A DNA stretch of 48,639 nucleotides from a virus (Duplodnaviria > Heunggongvirae > Uroviricota > Caudoviricetes): positions 1 through 48,639 of IMG/VR virus record IMGVR_UViG_2778261184_000002. The stretch is one strand, 5' to 3'. The position numbers and the translations under genes are program-made. Below, piece after piece: positions 27,047-37,600 of the stretch (position 1 is the stretch's first letter; the number at the start of each line of letters is the position of its first letter). A model generated the notes under the pieces. That model had not been told where the DNA came from. It did not search any database and worked only from the letters and a program-made list of their open reading frames with translations.

Positions 27047-27435
27047 AAAGAAACACCACGCTTTTTAACGGCGGCATTCCACAGCTTATTCGCCATGTCC
27101 ACCAGCTCTCGTTGCTCTTTTCGCGCCTGTTCGACTGATTTCCTGCTACAGTTTTTAACCAGTAAGCTACCGTATTCAGGGGTGCGCCCGCGCACCTTGA
27201 ACTGATATCCGTTCAGGCCATGCAACCAGTATTTCCGTGGGTAAACACGATCATCAAGCTCACAAATAGCTCGGCTTGACCGCACAAAATGCCGAATGAT
27301 GTTGGTTACACTTACTCGTGAAACATGAAGGTGAGGATATTTTTCTTTAGCTAGAGTGGTGATTTCGGTGACTGTCAGATAGCAGTCAGCCCTAATCATG
27401 ATATCCGCAATTTCTGCGCTGCTGATATGCTCCAT
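27043..27435 (-). CDS. Hypothetical protein; positional candidate for late-promoter activator (Lpa-like)
   Basis: 130 aa; overlaps pacA-like start; operator-like composite site ~80 bp upstream, like P1 lpa. Confidence 0.35.
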   Translation of the reverse strand: MEHISSAEIADIMIRADCYLTVTEITTLAKEKYPHLHVSRVSVTNIIRHFVRSSRAICELDDRVYPRKYWLHGLNGYQFKVRGRTPEYGSLLVKNCSRKSVEQARKEQRELVDMANKLWNAAVKKRGVSL

Positions 27436-27513
27436 TAATCCCCCAGGCAGGAAATGACCGAGGGGATGATAATGAGAATGTTATTTCTGTATAGACTGGC
27501 AAAAAGTTGGTTA

Positions 27514-27543
27514 TATTAGAAAATTAATTCCATTCATCTAACA
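27514..27543 (+). promoter_or_regulatory. 30-bp composite operator-like site (TATTAGAAAATTAATT-N7-TCTAACA)
   Basis: Same architecture and spacing as 6153-6182, 9658-9687 and 43595-43624. Confidence 0.5.
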
Positions 27544-27936
27544 CTACCAGCGATATAAGCGAACGACGTGTTTTACCTTAGCGATCCACTTACCACGTGA
27601 GTTATTAATTACGGCCTGCGCCACCTTTAAGCTGACTTCAAAATCAGCCTTACGACCATCAGAATCCACCAGCGTTGCACCGTCTATTTCCGGCAGGCTT
27701 AAATAATCCTGTTCTACCTCTAATGGCATTGACGGCTCTCTGAATGGTGTCAATTGCCGAGCTTCCCAGATAAAGCGAACTCTCAATCCCCTATAAGCCA
27801 TTACCATGTAGCCTGTTATCGTGCTCTTATGGCCTGCCTCAGTACGCGCAGCATTACACGATACAATCTTACAGGTGACGATATTCCACTCCACATTGGA
27901 GACTTCGTGAATGCTTAATTTTGTTGTCTCGTACAT
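27544..27936 (-). CDS. Hypothetical protein
   Basis: 130-aa ORF; start overlaps upstream stop. Confidence 0.45.
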   Translation of the reverse strand: MYETTKLSIHEVSNVEWNIVTCKIVSCNAARTEAGHKSTITGYMVMAYRGLRVRFIWEARQLTPFREPSMPLEVEQDYLSLPEIDGATLVDSDGRKADFEVSLKVAQAVINNSRGKWIAKVKHVVRLYRW

Positions 27937-28511
27937 CAGAATGCCTCCCAGTCAGTTGCGATAATATCCACGCCAGTTGCGAACCAGTCTGTCTGCGCCT
28001 GTAAATCCCCATTCATCATTACCAGGCGAGGCATAACCATCACATCGCACCCTTCCACAATATCGAATGCCTCTTCCGGCAAGAATTCGAAGAGCTTTTC
28101 TTTGCTGCCAATGCTGCCACGGAACATCGATAAATAGCTCCCTTTAGGCCATGATGCCCGGCGGGCATCCAGCCCCTTCATCATCCAGAACATGGCGGCA
28201 GAAAAATTGATGTTCTTTTTGGCGATGAAAACATTATTGGCTTCTGTTTGCTTCAGAAACTTAATTAGCCTTGCCATCGACTCGGATAACGCTACGTATG
28301 GCTCATGATTGGCTGCGGACACGCTCACACCATGTAATCCAACACTGACTACCGTCATATCGCCGCTTTGAGCGGTTTCAATGTTGACACCTTTGCGAAC
28401 TAACGAGGCATAAAGTTCCTCTCGCTTTTGTGTCCAGCGTTCCCGCTGACCGATGAAGTCACTCAATATGAGATCTGCTTCTGCATACGCGTTATCGTTC
28501 GCCGTTAACAT
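27936..28511 (-). CDS. Protein with C-terminal DUF2829-like domain
   Basis: C-terminal half FSAAMFWMMKGLDARRASWPKGSYL...DIIATDWEAF. Confidence 0.45.
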   Translation of the reverse strand: MLTANDNAYAEADLILSDFIGQRERWTQKREELYASLVRKGVNIETAQSGDMTVVSVGLHGVSVSAANHEPYVALSESMARLIKFLKQTEANNVFIAKKNINFSAAMFWMMKGLDARRASWPKGSYLSMFRGSIGSKEKLFEFLPEEAFDIVEGCDVMVMPRLVMMNGDLQAQTDWFATGVDIIATDWEAF

Positions 28512-28964
28512 AACGTCTCCTTTTTACACGCGCGACCATCCCTCGGTTAAACCGATAGAGATGTCGAAACTTCGTATTAATTAAGGGTTACAGCCTGAGC
28601 GGCTATATGATGAATTGAAAGGAGTTGTGGCGGTGGTGCCTCCACCTGCCAGGTTAGCCACTCCTGGCGACGTCACTTATCAGAACGTAGTGAATGAAAA
28701 TGGCTTCGTCACGAGCGCATAGCCGCAATTACCACAACGGAAACGGCGCTCACGCTAATTAAACGCCTTTTCCTGTTGTGCGCCGTACTCTTCCGGCTGT
28801 CACACCGAATCGCCAGGATGGTGAGTCCTCGGTCCGACGATATGAACGGGGCTTGCACATTCCGGCCACCTGGTTTGTTGCCTGAGCTAGGGGAAAAGGT
28901 AACCCCTTTAACGTCACCAGACCGCTAACGACGCATGTGCCAGACGCCGTGTTACAACCAAATA

Positions 28965-29040
28965 TGGTGGCCCCTACCGGATTTGAACCGATGACCGTGC
29001 GATTATGAGTCGCCTGCTCTAACCACTGAGCTAAGGGGCC
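28965..29040 (-). tRNA. tRNA-Ile (anticodon CAU, lysidine-type ileX-like)
   Basis: GGCCCCTTAGCTCAGTGGTTAGAGCAGGCGACTCATAATCGC...GGTTCAAATCC...GGGGCCACCA; clean cloverleaf, encoded CCA. Confidence 0.9.
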
Positions 29041-29482
29041 AATTAGTTTTTATTTTCGACGTCTGAGATTCTTCGTAACTTGTTCTATTCCGTAGACGAT
29101 CACAAGTAGAAACAGCAAAGACCATCCAGGGTTCTTATCGATATACGTCCAAAAATCCATCATTAGTTCCTGTGTTCACCTTACAGCACTGCCACTGAAA
29201 CCAACTATCCGAACAGTAGTTGTCACTCAATAGACGTGACGTATTTATTAGGTTGCGGTGCCGGGTGCCTCCCGGTGCCTGGCGAAGGTTGCACGCCAGG
29301 CGGGTGAGTATCCACAGAAGGCCGACTGTCAGTCTCAACCTTGACCCGCGTGCGCTTAGCCGCATTCACCGCAATGGTAAGAGCACTTGGCTGGCTGGGC
29401 GGCGATGATGCCTGTACGCATTTGGTGATCCGGTTCTGCTTCCGGCATTCGCTTAATTAGCCAAATACTCTTAACGTTGCGC

Positions 29483-29569
29483 TGGCGGAGAGTAATGGAA
29501 TCGAACCATCATCGCTTGCGCAATGGGACGGTTTTCAAGACCGCTTGAGCACCATGCTCCCTACTCTCC
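29483..29569 (-). tRNA. tRNA-Ser (anticodon UGA), class II with long variable arm
   Basis: GGAGAGT...CGGTCTTGAAAACCG anticodon arm, T-arm GATGGTTCGATTCCATT, acceptor ACTCTCC-G-CCA. Confidence 0.85.
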
Positions 29570-29714
29570 GGCCGTTGTGGTGGCCGGTACTGAATCTCCG
29601 GCATACGGTGCAGCCAATTAGGACTACGGACGATCACCGCTCGCGAAAGGGAAGGTTTGCGGCCGCATTTCCCTAACATCCAAGAAAGCTATCGCATCAG
29701 TCTGCGAATCCACC

Positions 29715-29806
29715 ACAACGTTGAGAACACTGGTTGTCACGCTGCAACGCAACATTTATTCGTAGATTGGGATATGACCCCGTTACGTCAGTGTTCTCAA
29801 CGTTGT
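29715..29806. repeat. Perfect 18-bp inverted repeat (ACAACGTTGAGAACACTG / CAGTGTTCTCAACGTTGT) with 56-bp loop
   Basis: Arms 29715-29732 and 29789-29806, inside the tRNA cluster. Confidence 0.8.
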
Positions 29807-30034
29807 AGTACCGGTTACGGTTCCGGCCAGGCCTCTTCCTCAACGGGGTATTCTCCATACGGACTACCGTTTATTGGTCGTTCCTGCGGTTTATGTTGTG
29901 AAGCCAGATGCTTATCTTCTGGTTGCTTCAAAGAGCTGCACTTCATCACAACGGTAAGGGTACTTCGTAGGGATTCGAACCCTCTGCCAAGCACGGCGAT
30001 CTCCGACGTCGCAAAATACCCTTACCTGTTGTGT

Positions 30035-30110
30035 TGGTGCCGATTAACGGACTCGAACCGCTGACATCCTGCTTACAAGGCAGGCGCTCTACCAACTGAG
30101 CTAAACCGGC
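30035..30110 (-). tRNA. tRNA-Thr (anticodon UGU)
   Basis: GCCGGTTTAGCTCAGTTGGTAGAGCGCCTGCCTTGTAAGCAGG...GGTTCGAGTCC...ATCGGCACCA. Confidence 0.9.
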
Positions 30111-30112
30111 AT

Positions 30113-30189
30113 TGGCGATGGTGGGTGGATTCGAACCACCGACCGACAGCTTAGAAGGCTGCTGCTCTATCCTACTGAGCTACACCATC
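30113..30189 (-). tRNA. tRNA-Arg (anticodon UCU; reads rare AGA/AGG)
   Basis: GATGGTGTAGCTCAGTAGGATAGAGCAGCAGCCTTCTAAGCTGT...GGTGGTTCGAATCCACC-CACCATC-G-CCA. Confidence 0.9.
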
Positions 30190-30693
30190 ACTTGGCCGGG
30201 TACGTCTCCGGCGAGGGCTTCCACCTCCGTATGCTTTTCGGCGCACCGCGCCCTGGCTGCAATTCAGTAACAGGGGATGCATAACCCTGGCTTCCAGCGT
30301 GATTAGCGCCTTCAGCATGACGGGATATACCCGTAACCAACAAACTTTCCCATATACCATCAAACAATGGCTGTTACGCGGGAGGGACGTAACAGGTAAG
30401 GGCGCTGACCAGAAAGACCTGACCCTTCTCATTCATCTGGTTAATCACACCAGCGCCCTTGCCTGTTATGCCTCCCCGTTCCCTAATACACAGACGGGGA
30501 CACTCTGCGGTCGATTTTTTGACGGGGGACGACTCATACCCCGTGGCGTCTGGCTTCTTAGGCCGCTACCATCATCAGATCATCGTTTGCATTTACTTTA
30601 ATGGTCGGTTTCTAAACCGCCGCAAAGCCGCTAACCATGACGAAAACCCTAAAAAAGCCCACCCGAAGATGGGCAAATACGCTACATCTCACA

Positions 30694-30772
30694 CAAGAAA
30701 GAAGCCGACTGCCTGAGCTGGATTCACTTTCAAATGCCCGCAGAAAGGGAACACAAGTCGGCTTCTTTCTTG
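30694..30772. repeat. Perfect 17-bp inverted repeat (CAAGAAAGAAGCCGACT / AGTCGGCTTCTTTCTTG) with 45-bp loop
   Basis: Arms 30694-30710 and 30756-30772 in ORF-free DNA downstream of the tRNA cluster. Confidence 0.8.
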
Positions 30773-31256
30773 ATGCGGCACTCTCTCCGCCCGTCACCGC
30801 TCTGTCTCGGTTGTCGCGTTTGCCACGCCAGCCGTAACGAGGTTTAAAGTCTTTGCACGTTTCCATCACTCGACTGCCGTCTGTGGCTGTTCGTTGCAGC
30901 GGGGGTGCCTCCCCCTGGGGATATCCCCGGCCTTACCCCATTCTTTCAAGACACAATGCAAGGCCGCATCCGCATAGGTGCATTACCGCAACATTAAGGA
31001 GACTTAGGGCAAAAGGTAATCGCCACAAAAAAATCCCTATGCCTCCTTAATGTTGAGGATGTGCATTGATGATGATTCGATGCGGCGAGTCCCGTTACTC
31101 TCTGCCGGACCATCATCAATGAACATCTTAAAAAGACCTTCCGTGGCTCAACATGTCTTGTCGTTTACTCCGTAAAGTGCTCTCTCTGAAACCACTTTAC
31201 GCACTAAACCTGCTGAACTTTGGCTTGCTCGGTGCCAAAGCGAGTCCCTGTATGCA

Positions 31257-31273
31257 TGTAATTTTCTAACACT
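31257..31273 (-). promoter_or_regulatory. Operator-like motif copy (TGTTAGAAAATTACA, minus strand)
   Basis: Consensus match in ORF-free region. Confidence 0.4.
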
Positions 31274-31421
31274 TTAATTTGTTATTTGCTGGTGGGCGAA
31301 CAACAACCAATAAGTGACTATCAAGCCCAGCAAGCGAAATGTGGCAACGCTCCACCAGCAAGGAAAATTCTAAGTTAAGTTACTCTCACAATCAATATGT
31401 TCGTTTGGTGAAATTAGATTT

Positions 31422-31438
31422 CTAACACATTATTTCCC
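31422..31438 (-). promoter_or_regulatory. Operator-like motif copy (TGTTAGAAATCTAAT, minus strand), internally palindromic
   Basis: Overlaps stop codon of ORF 31430..32650. Confidence 0.4.
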
Positions 31439-32650
31439 ATAAAGATCTTCTACGCCCCCATTCTTCTTGTCCCATTCGTTAGCCCACACCCGGCAGGCAT
31501 CAATAATTTCTTGACGACGGTCGCCCTGCATAAAGGGGATGCTTTCATGAAAACTACTTGGGATACAGGCCACGCTGAATACGGTATCAAACGCAGTCTG
31601 TTTGATAGCTTCCAACGTCTCTGGGCGCATTTTCAATTCATCGATCGGCGCATCCTTAGAGTCCATAATCCGGCGATGCAGGCGCGGGAAATCAGTCTCC
31701 AGGTACGCCATAATTTTATCTGCCAGGCATTCGTCTATATCGGTATTCCAGTCCGTTTCGAAGCCGGGCAGGCGATAGTAAAGCGGCGTTCCCCATACTG
31801 ATGGGATCACATCCATCGTCAGCAGGCGGTTGGTTCTAATTTGTTGATGGTAATTAGCCGTCAACAGAGCTTCACCACGCTGACCAGTCTCCGCAACCAG
31901 ACCATGCGGGTACTCATGGATATAGGCAATAGCATCCACCCCGTCATACATGAGCGGGAATGTCTCTGGCCTTTGTCCCATACCACAAGCGCGGTTCAGA
32001 TCATGACCAAGCTGTGAACACTCTCGTTTCAGCGTTTCAATAATGTTCTGCGCTGCTGCTAACTTTTTACGCAGTGTGACACCTTCGCCTTGATACTTAA
32101 TGCACTGCTGATTCAGCTCTGTTAAACGCTCTTTTAGTTCCCGACGCTCTCTTTTCAGCGCACGGTTATCCTTCTCCGCAACATCCAGTCGTTTTGACAG
32201 ACTGGCTGGATAGTCTTTTTTGTAACGACTCAAATCGGCTTCTGCGGATTTGCGCAGTGTGTTTGCCTGTTCAAGACGCGCTTCCAGATTGCCGATCTCA
32301 CTACGCATATTCGCGGCAAATTGATTAACAGCATTGCCAAGACTTTCAACTGTCGCTGATACGCCTGTGACTTGTGAAAAACGGATCAAGCCATCATTAA
32401 CGGCTTGTTGATATTCCTCAAACTGATCCACCAGCTTGTTGTAATCAACCGTCCCTTCCTCAAGTAGCTGGTTGATCTCCGCGACCAGGTTATCAGTAGT
32501 GGCAATGACGCTCTCATGTAGCCGTCTAGACAGGTCATCCCCCGGATTCCGCTTTTGAATAAGGGCGATCTGTGTCCGCAGCGTTTCAATCGCGGCTGAG
32601 ATGATTTCCAGATTAGAAGTATCAGTTTGTTGACTCATTGCAGTTCCCAT
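31430..32650 (-). CDS. Coiled-coil protein with C-terminal globular domain; function unknown
   Basis: 406-aa ORF (alternative start ATG 32638); heptad-rich N-terminal 220 aa; operator-like motif directly upstream. Confidence 0.5.
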   Translation of the reverse strand: MGTAMSQQTDTSNLEIISAAIETLRTQIALIQKRNPGDDLSRRLHESVIATTDNLVAEINQLLEEGTVDYNKLVDQFEEYQQAVNDGLIRFSQVTGVSATVESLGNAVNQFAANMRSEIGNLEARLEQANTLRKSAEADLSRYKKDYPASLSKRLDVAEKDNRALKRERRELKERLTELNQQCIKYQGEGVTLRKKLAAAQNIIETLKRECSQLGHDLNRACGMGQRPETFPLMYDGVDAIAYIHEYPHGLVAETGQRGEALLTANYHQQIRTNRLLTMDVIPSVWGTPLYYRLPGFETDWNTDIDECLADKIMAYLETDFPRLHRRIMDSKDAPIDELKMRPETLEAIKQTAFDTVFSVACIPSSFHESIPFMQGDRRQEIIDACRVWANEWDKKNGGVEDLYGK

Positions 32651-32661
32651 TGTTTTTGCAA

Positions 32662-32678
32662 AATTAGTTTTCTAACAT
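32662..32678 (-). promoter_or_regulatory. Operator-like motif copy (TGTTAGAAAACTAATTT, minus strand)
   Basis: 12-25 bp upstream of the 406-aa ORF start. Confidence 0.45.
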
Positions 32679-32752
32679 ATTTTATTAGTATGAGAACAAG
32701 ATCGAAAGATGTGATAAACAAAAAACCCGCTAATCGGCGGGTTTTTGAGCGG

Positions 32753-33067
32753 TTATTGTGTCATTGCCTGGTAGATAAAATACACGATGCATACCGGTAC
32801 GATAGCCCATTGCAGCAATGAAAGCAGCCTCATGGCTGTCATTGGAGTAACTCCGTCTACGTATTCCTTCTCTGACATTTTCCCTAACCAACTAACCGAC
32901 AAAAGGGTCGAGTTCTCCCCCATTTCCAGCTCCCTGAGGGCTTCCCGGATTAAAGGCGCTGTTACCACCTTGCGGGCAGTGTTGAGCGTAATGCTCCGCG
33001 TCCTCCCGGCGTCATCGGCAAACGCCAGGTTCACATGATATTTTTTGCTCAATGTACAAACTCCCAA
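32753..33067 (-). CDS. Small protein with C-terminal transmembrane helix
   Basis: 104 aa; C-terminal LLSLLQWAIVPVCIVYFIYQA. Confidence 0.4.
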   Translation of the reverse strand: MGVCTLSKKYHVNLAFADDAGRTRSITLNTARKVVTAPLIREALRELEMGENSTLLSVSWLGKMSEKEYVDGVTPMTAMRLLSLLQWAIVPVCIVYFIYQAMTQ

Positions 33068-33249
33068 TCATCAGCGCCTGTACTTTCCGGGGTAATGTGA
33101 ACCTTATCACCAGTGACAATATTCCGAGCCTCTATTGTTCCATTGCTGTGTTTCAACAACTCAACACACAATGGTTGCTGCCAGGAACGACGGCGAGCAA
33201 CAACGTTAGCACCAGCAGGGATAAGTTCAGCCACGTTAAGTAAACGCAA
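33049..33249 (-). CDS. DUF2829-like small protein
   Basis: 66 aa; VARRRSW ... DDWEFVH. Confidence 0.4.
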   Translation of the reverse strand: MRLLNVAELIPAGANVVARRRSWQQPLCVELLKHSNGTIEARNIVTGDKVHITPESTGADDWEFVH

Positions 33250-33263
33250 AACGATTTCTCCGT

Positions 33264-33416
33264 TTAATCAAGACAAACATATTCCGTGATAGCTTTTATG
33301 GCTTCAGCGGCACTGCGCGCCTCAAAGCAGTAGTAACCTGCTTCGGTGAGGCGAGTCATCCAGACGAGTTGTTCGGGAGTCAGGCGATTTCTCCCATGTT
33401 TCATCTCAATGCGCAT
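33264..33416 (-). CDS. Candidate 50-aa small protein (MRIEMKHGRNRLTPEQLVWMTRLTEAGYYCFEARSAAEAIKAITEYVCLD)
   Basis: Not in track; sits immediately upstream of the DUF2829-like gene, same position icd occupies in the other two modules. Confidence 0.25.
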   Translation of the reverse strand: MRIEMKHGRNRLTPEQLVWMTRLTEAGYYCFEARSAAEAIKAITEYVCLD

Positions 33417-33442
33417 TCCGTGGTATCCCCCACAAGCAAGGT

Positions 33443-33754
33443 CTATAGAAAGACGGGATATCCCTTCTTTTGGCCCTCTGCCACCATTTTTATTGCCGTC
33501 CTTATGCCTCGCAGACCGCCGTTTGGAGTGGCGTGTGTATGCTCATACACATAGCGCATATTGCGATACAACCAATCCAGGACGCGTACCTGCTCGTAAT
33601 GCTCATGGTTCCTTTTGATTAGATCTGGGTTTTTCTCCAGTTCTCTGAGAGCTGCGGCATGTGGGGATGTTTCAGAATATTCACTGCGACGCCTTCTTTT
33701 TCTCGCTATTTTTCTAACACACCCATTGATAGTAAATAAGCGAAATAATAACAA
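33443..33754 (-). CDS. Uncertain ORF
   Basis: Track ORF whose first codons overlap an operator-like motif (33704-33719); true start unclear. Confidence 0.2.
   Translation of the reverse strand: MLLFRLFTINGCVRKIARKRRRRSEYSETSPHAAALRELEKNPDLIKRNHEHYEQVRVLDWLYRNMRYVYEHTHATPNGGLRGIRTAIKMVAEGQKKGYPVFL
33704..33719 (-). promoter_or_regulatory. Operator-like motif copy, degenerate (TGTTAGAAAAATAGCG, minus strand)
   Basis: Left half conserved. Confidence 0.3.
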
Positions 33755-33893
33755 CTGCGTTAGATTTGTAAAACAAGAGAGATACTACTCAAGGCTGGGC
33801 TATATGCAACAGGTCGGATTTGCTTTTAGAGTAAAAAGTGACCTTAATCAACAAGGAGGGTAAATCGCATGGCATTTACCCAACTTGTTATTT

Positions 33894-34154
33894 TTAAAGG
33901 TTTATTTTATCCGGTTCGGATATTTCTGTGATTGTCTTGTCGATTGCGATCAACCACCCTTCATAGGTTAAATCATCAACAAGCTCTACCAGTTTGTCTT
34001 CTGTATGAGGGAAGTATACCCAGCTCCAGCTCGCTGGGTTTTCTGCTTTTCGCAGCGTAAAAACCTTCTTGTAACGGTGAAACTCAAGGACATACCCCTT
34101 CGATATGGAATATTCCTTTAGGTCTTCGACCGTAAACCTACGATTCTTTCGCAT
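33894..34154 (-). CDS. Hypothetical protein
   Basis: 86-aa ORF downstream of DarB-like gene. Confidence 0.45.
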   Translation of the reverse strand: MRKNRRFTVEDLKEYSISKGYVLEFHRYKKVFTLRKAENPASWSWVYFPHTEDKLVELVDDLTYEGWLIAIDKTITEISEPDKINL

Positions 34155-34156
34155 GG

Positions 34157-34591
34157 CTACCCCATGATTCGATATTTCTCTATTGACTCGTCGTAACTTG
34201 TGTACACGTATGGCTCTGTATCATCAGCATAAGGTGCGACTTCCAGAGCATGAACGGGATTGTACACCGCGTCATTTTCCAGGCGATCGCTCGAATACAG
34301 ATGCCCAGCCAAAACCGTAAGCGCCGGGCGACTCATTTTGTAGATCTCTGCCACATCACTATCTACAACTTGTCCAAATGATATGTCGCCGCGCTCCAGC
34401 AATATCGTTTTGAGCGCGGGCCACCACGGACCATAAAGGTGATAAAGCTGTGGATTTTTCTTCAGTCTTTCTACCATGCCATCAAGATAAACTGTCAGGT
34501 ATTCTTCTTCACTCCTGCCATTGAGTGCCTGCGGCAAGATTTCCTCAAGGTAGGATTCCGTCGGTTTTACAGTGTCAATTAGTGTCGTCAT
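34157..34591 (-). CDS. Hypothetical protein
   Basis: 144-aa ORF. Confidence 0.45.
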   Translation of the reverse strand: MTTLIDTVKPTESYLEEILPQALNGRSEEEYLTVYLDGMVERLKKNPQLYHLYGPWWPALKTILLERGDISFGQVVDSDVAEIYKMSRPALTVLAGHLYSSDRLENDAVYNPVHALEVAPYADDTEPYVYTSYDESIEKYRIMG

Positions 34592-34627
34592 TCAAATTCG
34601 GCCCCGGTTGGGGCCGCTCCTTATCTG

Positions 34628-37600
34628 TTAGGCCGCATCGGCGATTATTTTACGCAGTTCATCTACCGAGTAACGCGTAGATACCATCCACGCCGGACGG
34701 TCAAAGTTCACATCAGCAACCGGGTTTGCTTCAAAATTCCAGAAACGCCCGCCAATCTTCTTAATCGCGTCTTTGGCGTTCCGTATTGTCGAGGAACCTG
34801 GCTGGTCGGCAATGAGATAAACCGCGCCAACGTCTTCGCTGACGCTCCACCAGCGCCCGCGAACACGCGCCTTAGCGCGAATCGGCTTATCATTAACCAC
34901 AATGATATAGTCATCATTCGCCGCTTCATCAGCTCTGGCTTCAGCCACTGCCGCCTGCTCTTCTCTTTTGCTTTCAGCCTGCTCAAGCCTTTCCGCGATC
35001 TCTGATTCAGTGGCCCCGCCGTTTTTCAGCGATACATAGTCCTGCCACGTTGCCGATTTGAGCGCATCCGGCAACTCATTCACATAGTCGCCGTCTTTCA
35101 ACTCACGGGCGCGACGGGTGGCCATTTCTACCAGGCGATTAACAGAAACAGCATCAGCAAAATCGTCCTTACTAATGTGTTTTTCATCAAATGCATTGAT
35201 GACAGCCCCCACCTTAATCCACTGCGCTGCTGGCGAATCCAGAGGATTATCGGCCTGAACAATGGCTAATTTCGCTCCATCGACACCATTATTAGCCAGC
35301 TGCTCCAATGCCGACCAGCCATCGGCATCGCTGAGTGATTTATATTGCTCAAACAATGCATCGCGCCAGGCCACCAGCGCAGCTCGTGTTTTCTCAATTT
35401 TCGCCGTAATTTTCGCGGCCTTCACCTGATTAAACATCCGTTCAATGTCATCAGTGTTGCTAAAGGCTTTCATCCTGCCCTGGAATAAACGGTATGCCAC
35501 CACGGTCTTCCAGAAAGATTCCAGCCCTTCTCCGGACGGTTTACGGAACAGGCTAAGAATATCTTCAGAAGTAACTTTATTAAGTGAGCGACCGGACAAA
35601 CCACGCCCTGCCATCCAGTTTTCAAACTCCTGGGAAACATCATCCATCGTGGCCTGTGACCCCCATGCCTGCATTCCCTGGATGTAATCATATCCATACA
35701 ATGCCTGGAGGAATCCCTCGCCGTCCACGACATTCAGCGGGTTATCACTGGCTTGTATTTTTGCCACTTCACGCTTCAGCGCCTCATCGTTGCCATCAGG
35801 GTAAATCCACCGCTCAGGCGCTATATCCGATGCTCGCCCGATTTTTTGACCTATTACGCCATCATAAGCCGATGACAGTGCAATCTGACCATCATCGGTG
35901 CGATAAGCCCAGTATTTAATAGCTGAACCACCGCCCCATACTCTACCAGGCTTCCCGGCAGTGACATTCATTACCCCATTGCGAATAGCATCATAGAACT
36001 GATCGCGCGTAAGTGTTGTTGATAGCTGGTGGCATTGAACACCACGTGCAGCTGTTTCACGCGATTCTGCAACTCCCTCTTCAAAGGTTACCGATTCAAT
36101 TATCAGGTTAAAGGGCAAAAATAATGCCGTCCCCGGAGAACGAGAGTAACGACTAGCCACATCCAGCCAGGATATGCGGCACGTACACCCGCCCCTTTCC
36201 GCATCAATGGCTGTAACACGAACAATTGCTGTCGTATTGTGATTCTCATCGATGATCGCGCGATAATGGCTGCCCTTGTGCAACAAGATATTTTTCTCAG
36301 TGCGTACATACTCCTGTGGGTTCTGCAATACATCGGCATCAAGCTCCAGAACCCCGGCTTTAATCGCACGTTCCAGATCACCACGAGAACGTTTCATAAC
36401 GGTGTCAGCGTCTTTAGCTCTGGTGATCGCAAAGCGTAGCTCCCGCACACGTTTTCTGTAGTCTCGCAACTGTTCCAGAACATATTTCTGCCCGTTCCTG
36501 TTCGTCCCCGCTTTAATCAGGTCGTCAAGATTGCGCTGGTAATGCTCTACCTGCTCCATCGCGCTTTTCAGTTCTGTCTCCATCATGCCGATATCTTTCC
36601 CGGCAGCATTCGCCGCTTTCAGGTAGTTATCGAGAGCATTATTGGCTTCGCGTAGGGCTTTCAGTTTCAGACGTTCTTCACGCTCTTGCGCCTGACGAGT
36701 CATGATTGCACGGCGTTCTTCCGGATTTGCCGCCAGCATAATGGCGCGTTCATCTGCGTCATCCGCATCACCATTGGCGATCTCTGACATGTCGGAGGTC
36801 ATCACCATATTGATCCAGTCCTTCTTACGTTTCAGCGTATCCAGACGGAAGTCATCAAATGTGCCTTTGCCACAATAGTAGTGAACATTGACCTTTTCTT
36901 GTGGTGAGCCTACCCGAGCGCCGCGCCCATTACGTTGGTCGATACTGGCAGGAGTCCAGGGTAGTGTCAGATGGTGGATATCGGTTGTCCCGATGTGCAA
37001 GTTAATACCTACTTCAGCCTTCTTGTTACAGATTATGATGCGCGTGCGACCTTCGTTATAGTCGGCGGCAATACCTTCCATGCCCTCAAGGCCAGCATCA
37101 TTTTTAGCTGAGAGATAATCCTCATATTGGGCAAGTTTGCTGTAGTAGGTTTCCCATGCACCTTCTTTGTATTCACCGTTTTTATTTGGCGTAGGTTCAG
37201 TCGGCTTATTCACCTTCTTCAGCTTGACGCCGCCAGCCTGGCTAACTGTCGTCGCATTGATAATGCCTATCTCCTGCTCCGGCATTTGCAGTGCACTGGC
37301 AATAATACGGCGCAGCTTCTGGTGCTGGGCTTTTTCATCAATGAAGACGATTTGTTTACCGTTCTTCAGACCTTCACGAAGGTTTTCGATCAGCGCGGCA
37401 TACTTCGGCGGGATGGGGTGTGATACCTGCTGCATATCAATACCGGCAGCCGCAATGGCCTTCAGTATTTCAGCTTCCAGTTCAATGCCAGCACGTATTT
37501 CAACATGCGACGGATGTTCGCTAAAGGTGGTCTTCACTACCTTGCTGGTACGCGTACTTACCAGCCCACCAGCGCCATCTTCTTCGGCCTCGTCTGCATC

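Noticed and set aside
29950-30030. Possible fifth tRNA
   Set aside because: A T-arm-like GGGTTCGAATCCC is present, but no acceptor/D/anticodon arrangement gives a cloverleaf; kept only as a tRNA-like remnant within a finding.
29135-30601. Track ORFs 29135..29365, 29220..29408, 29657..30064, 30172..30432, 30299..30601 and neighbours
   Set aside because: They overlap well-folded tRNA genes or long hairpins, have no RBS or coupling, and show no recognisable protein features; treated as spurious.
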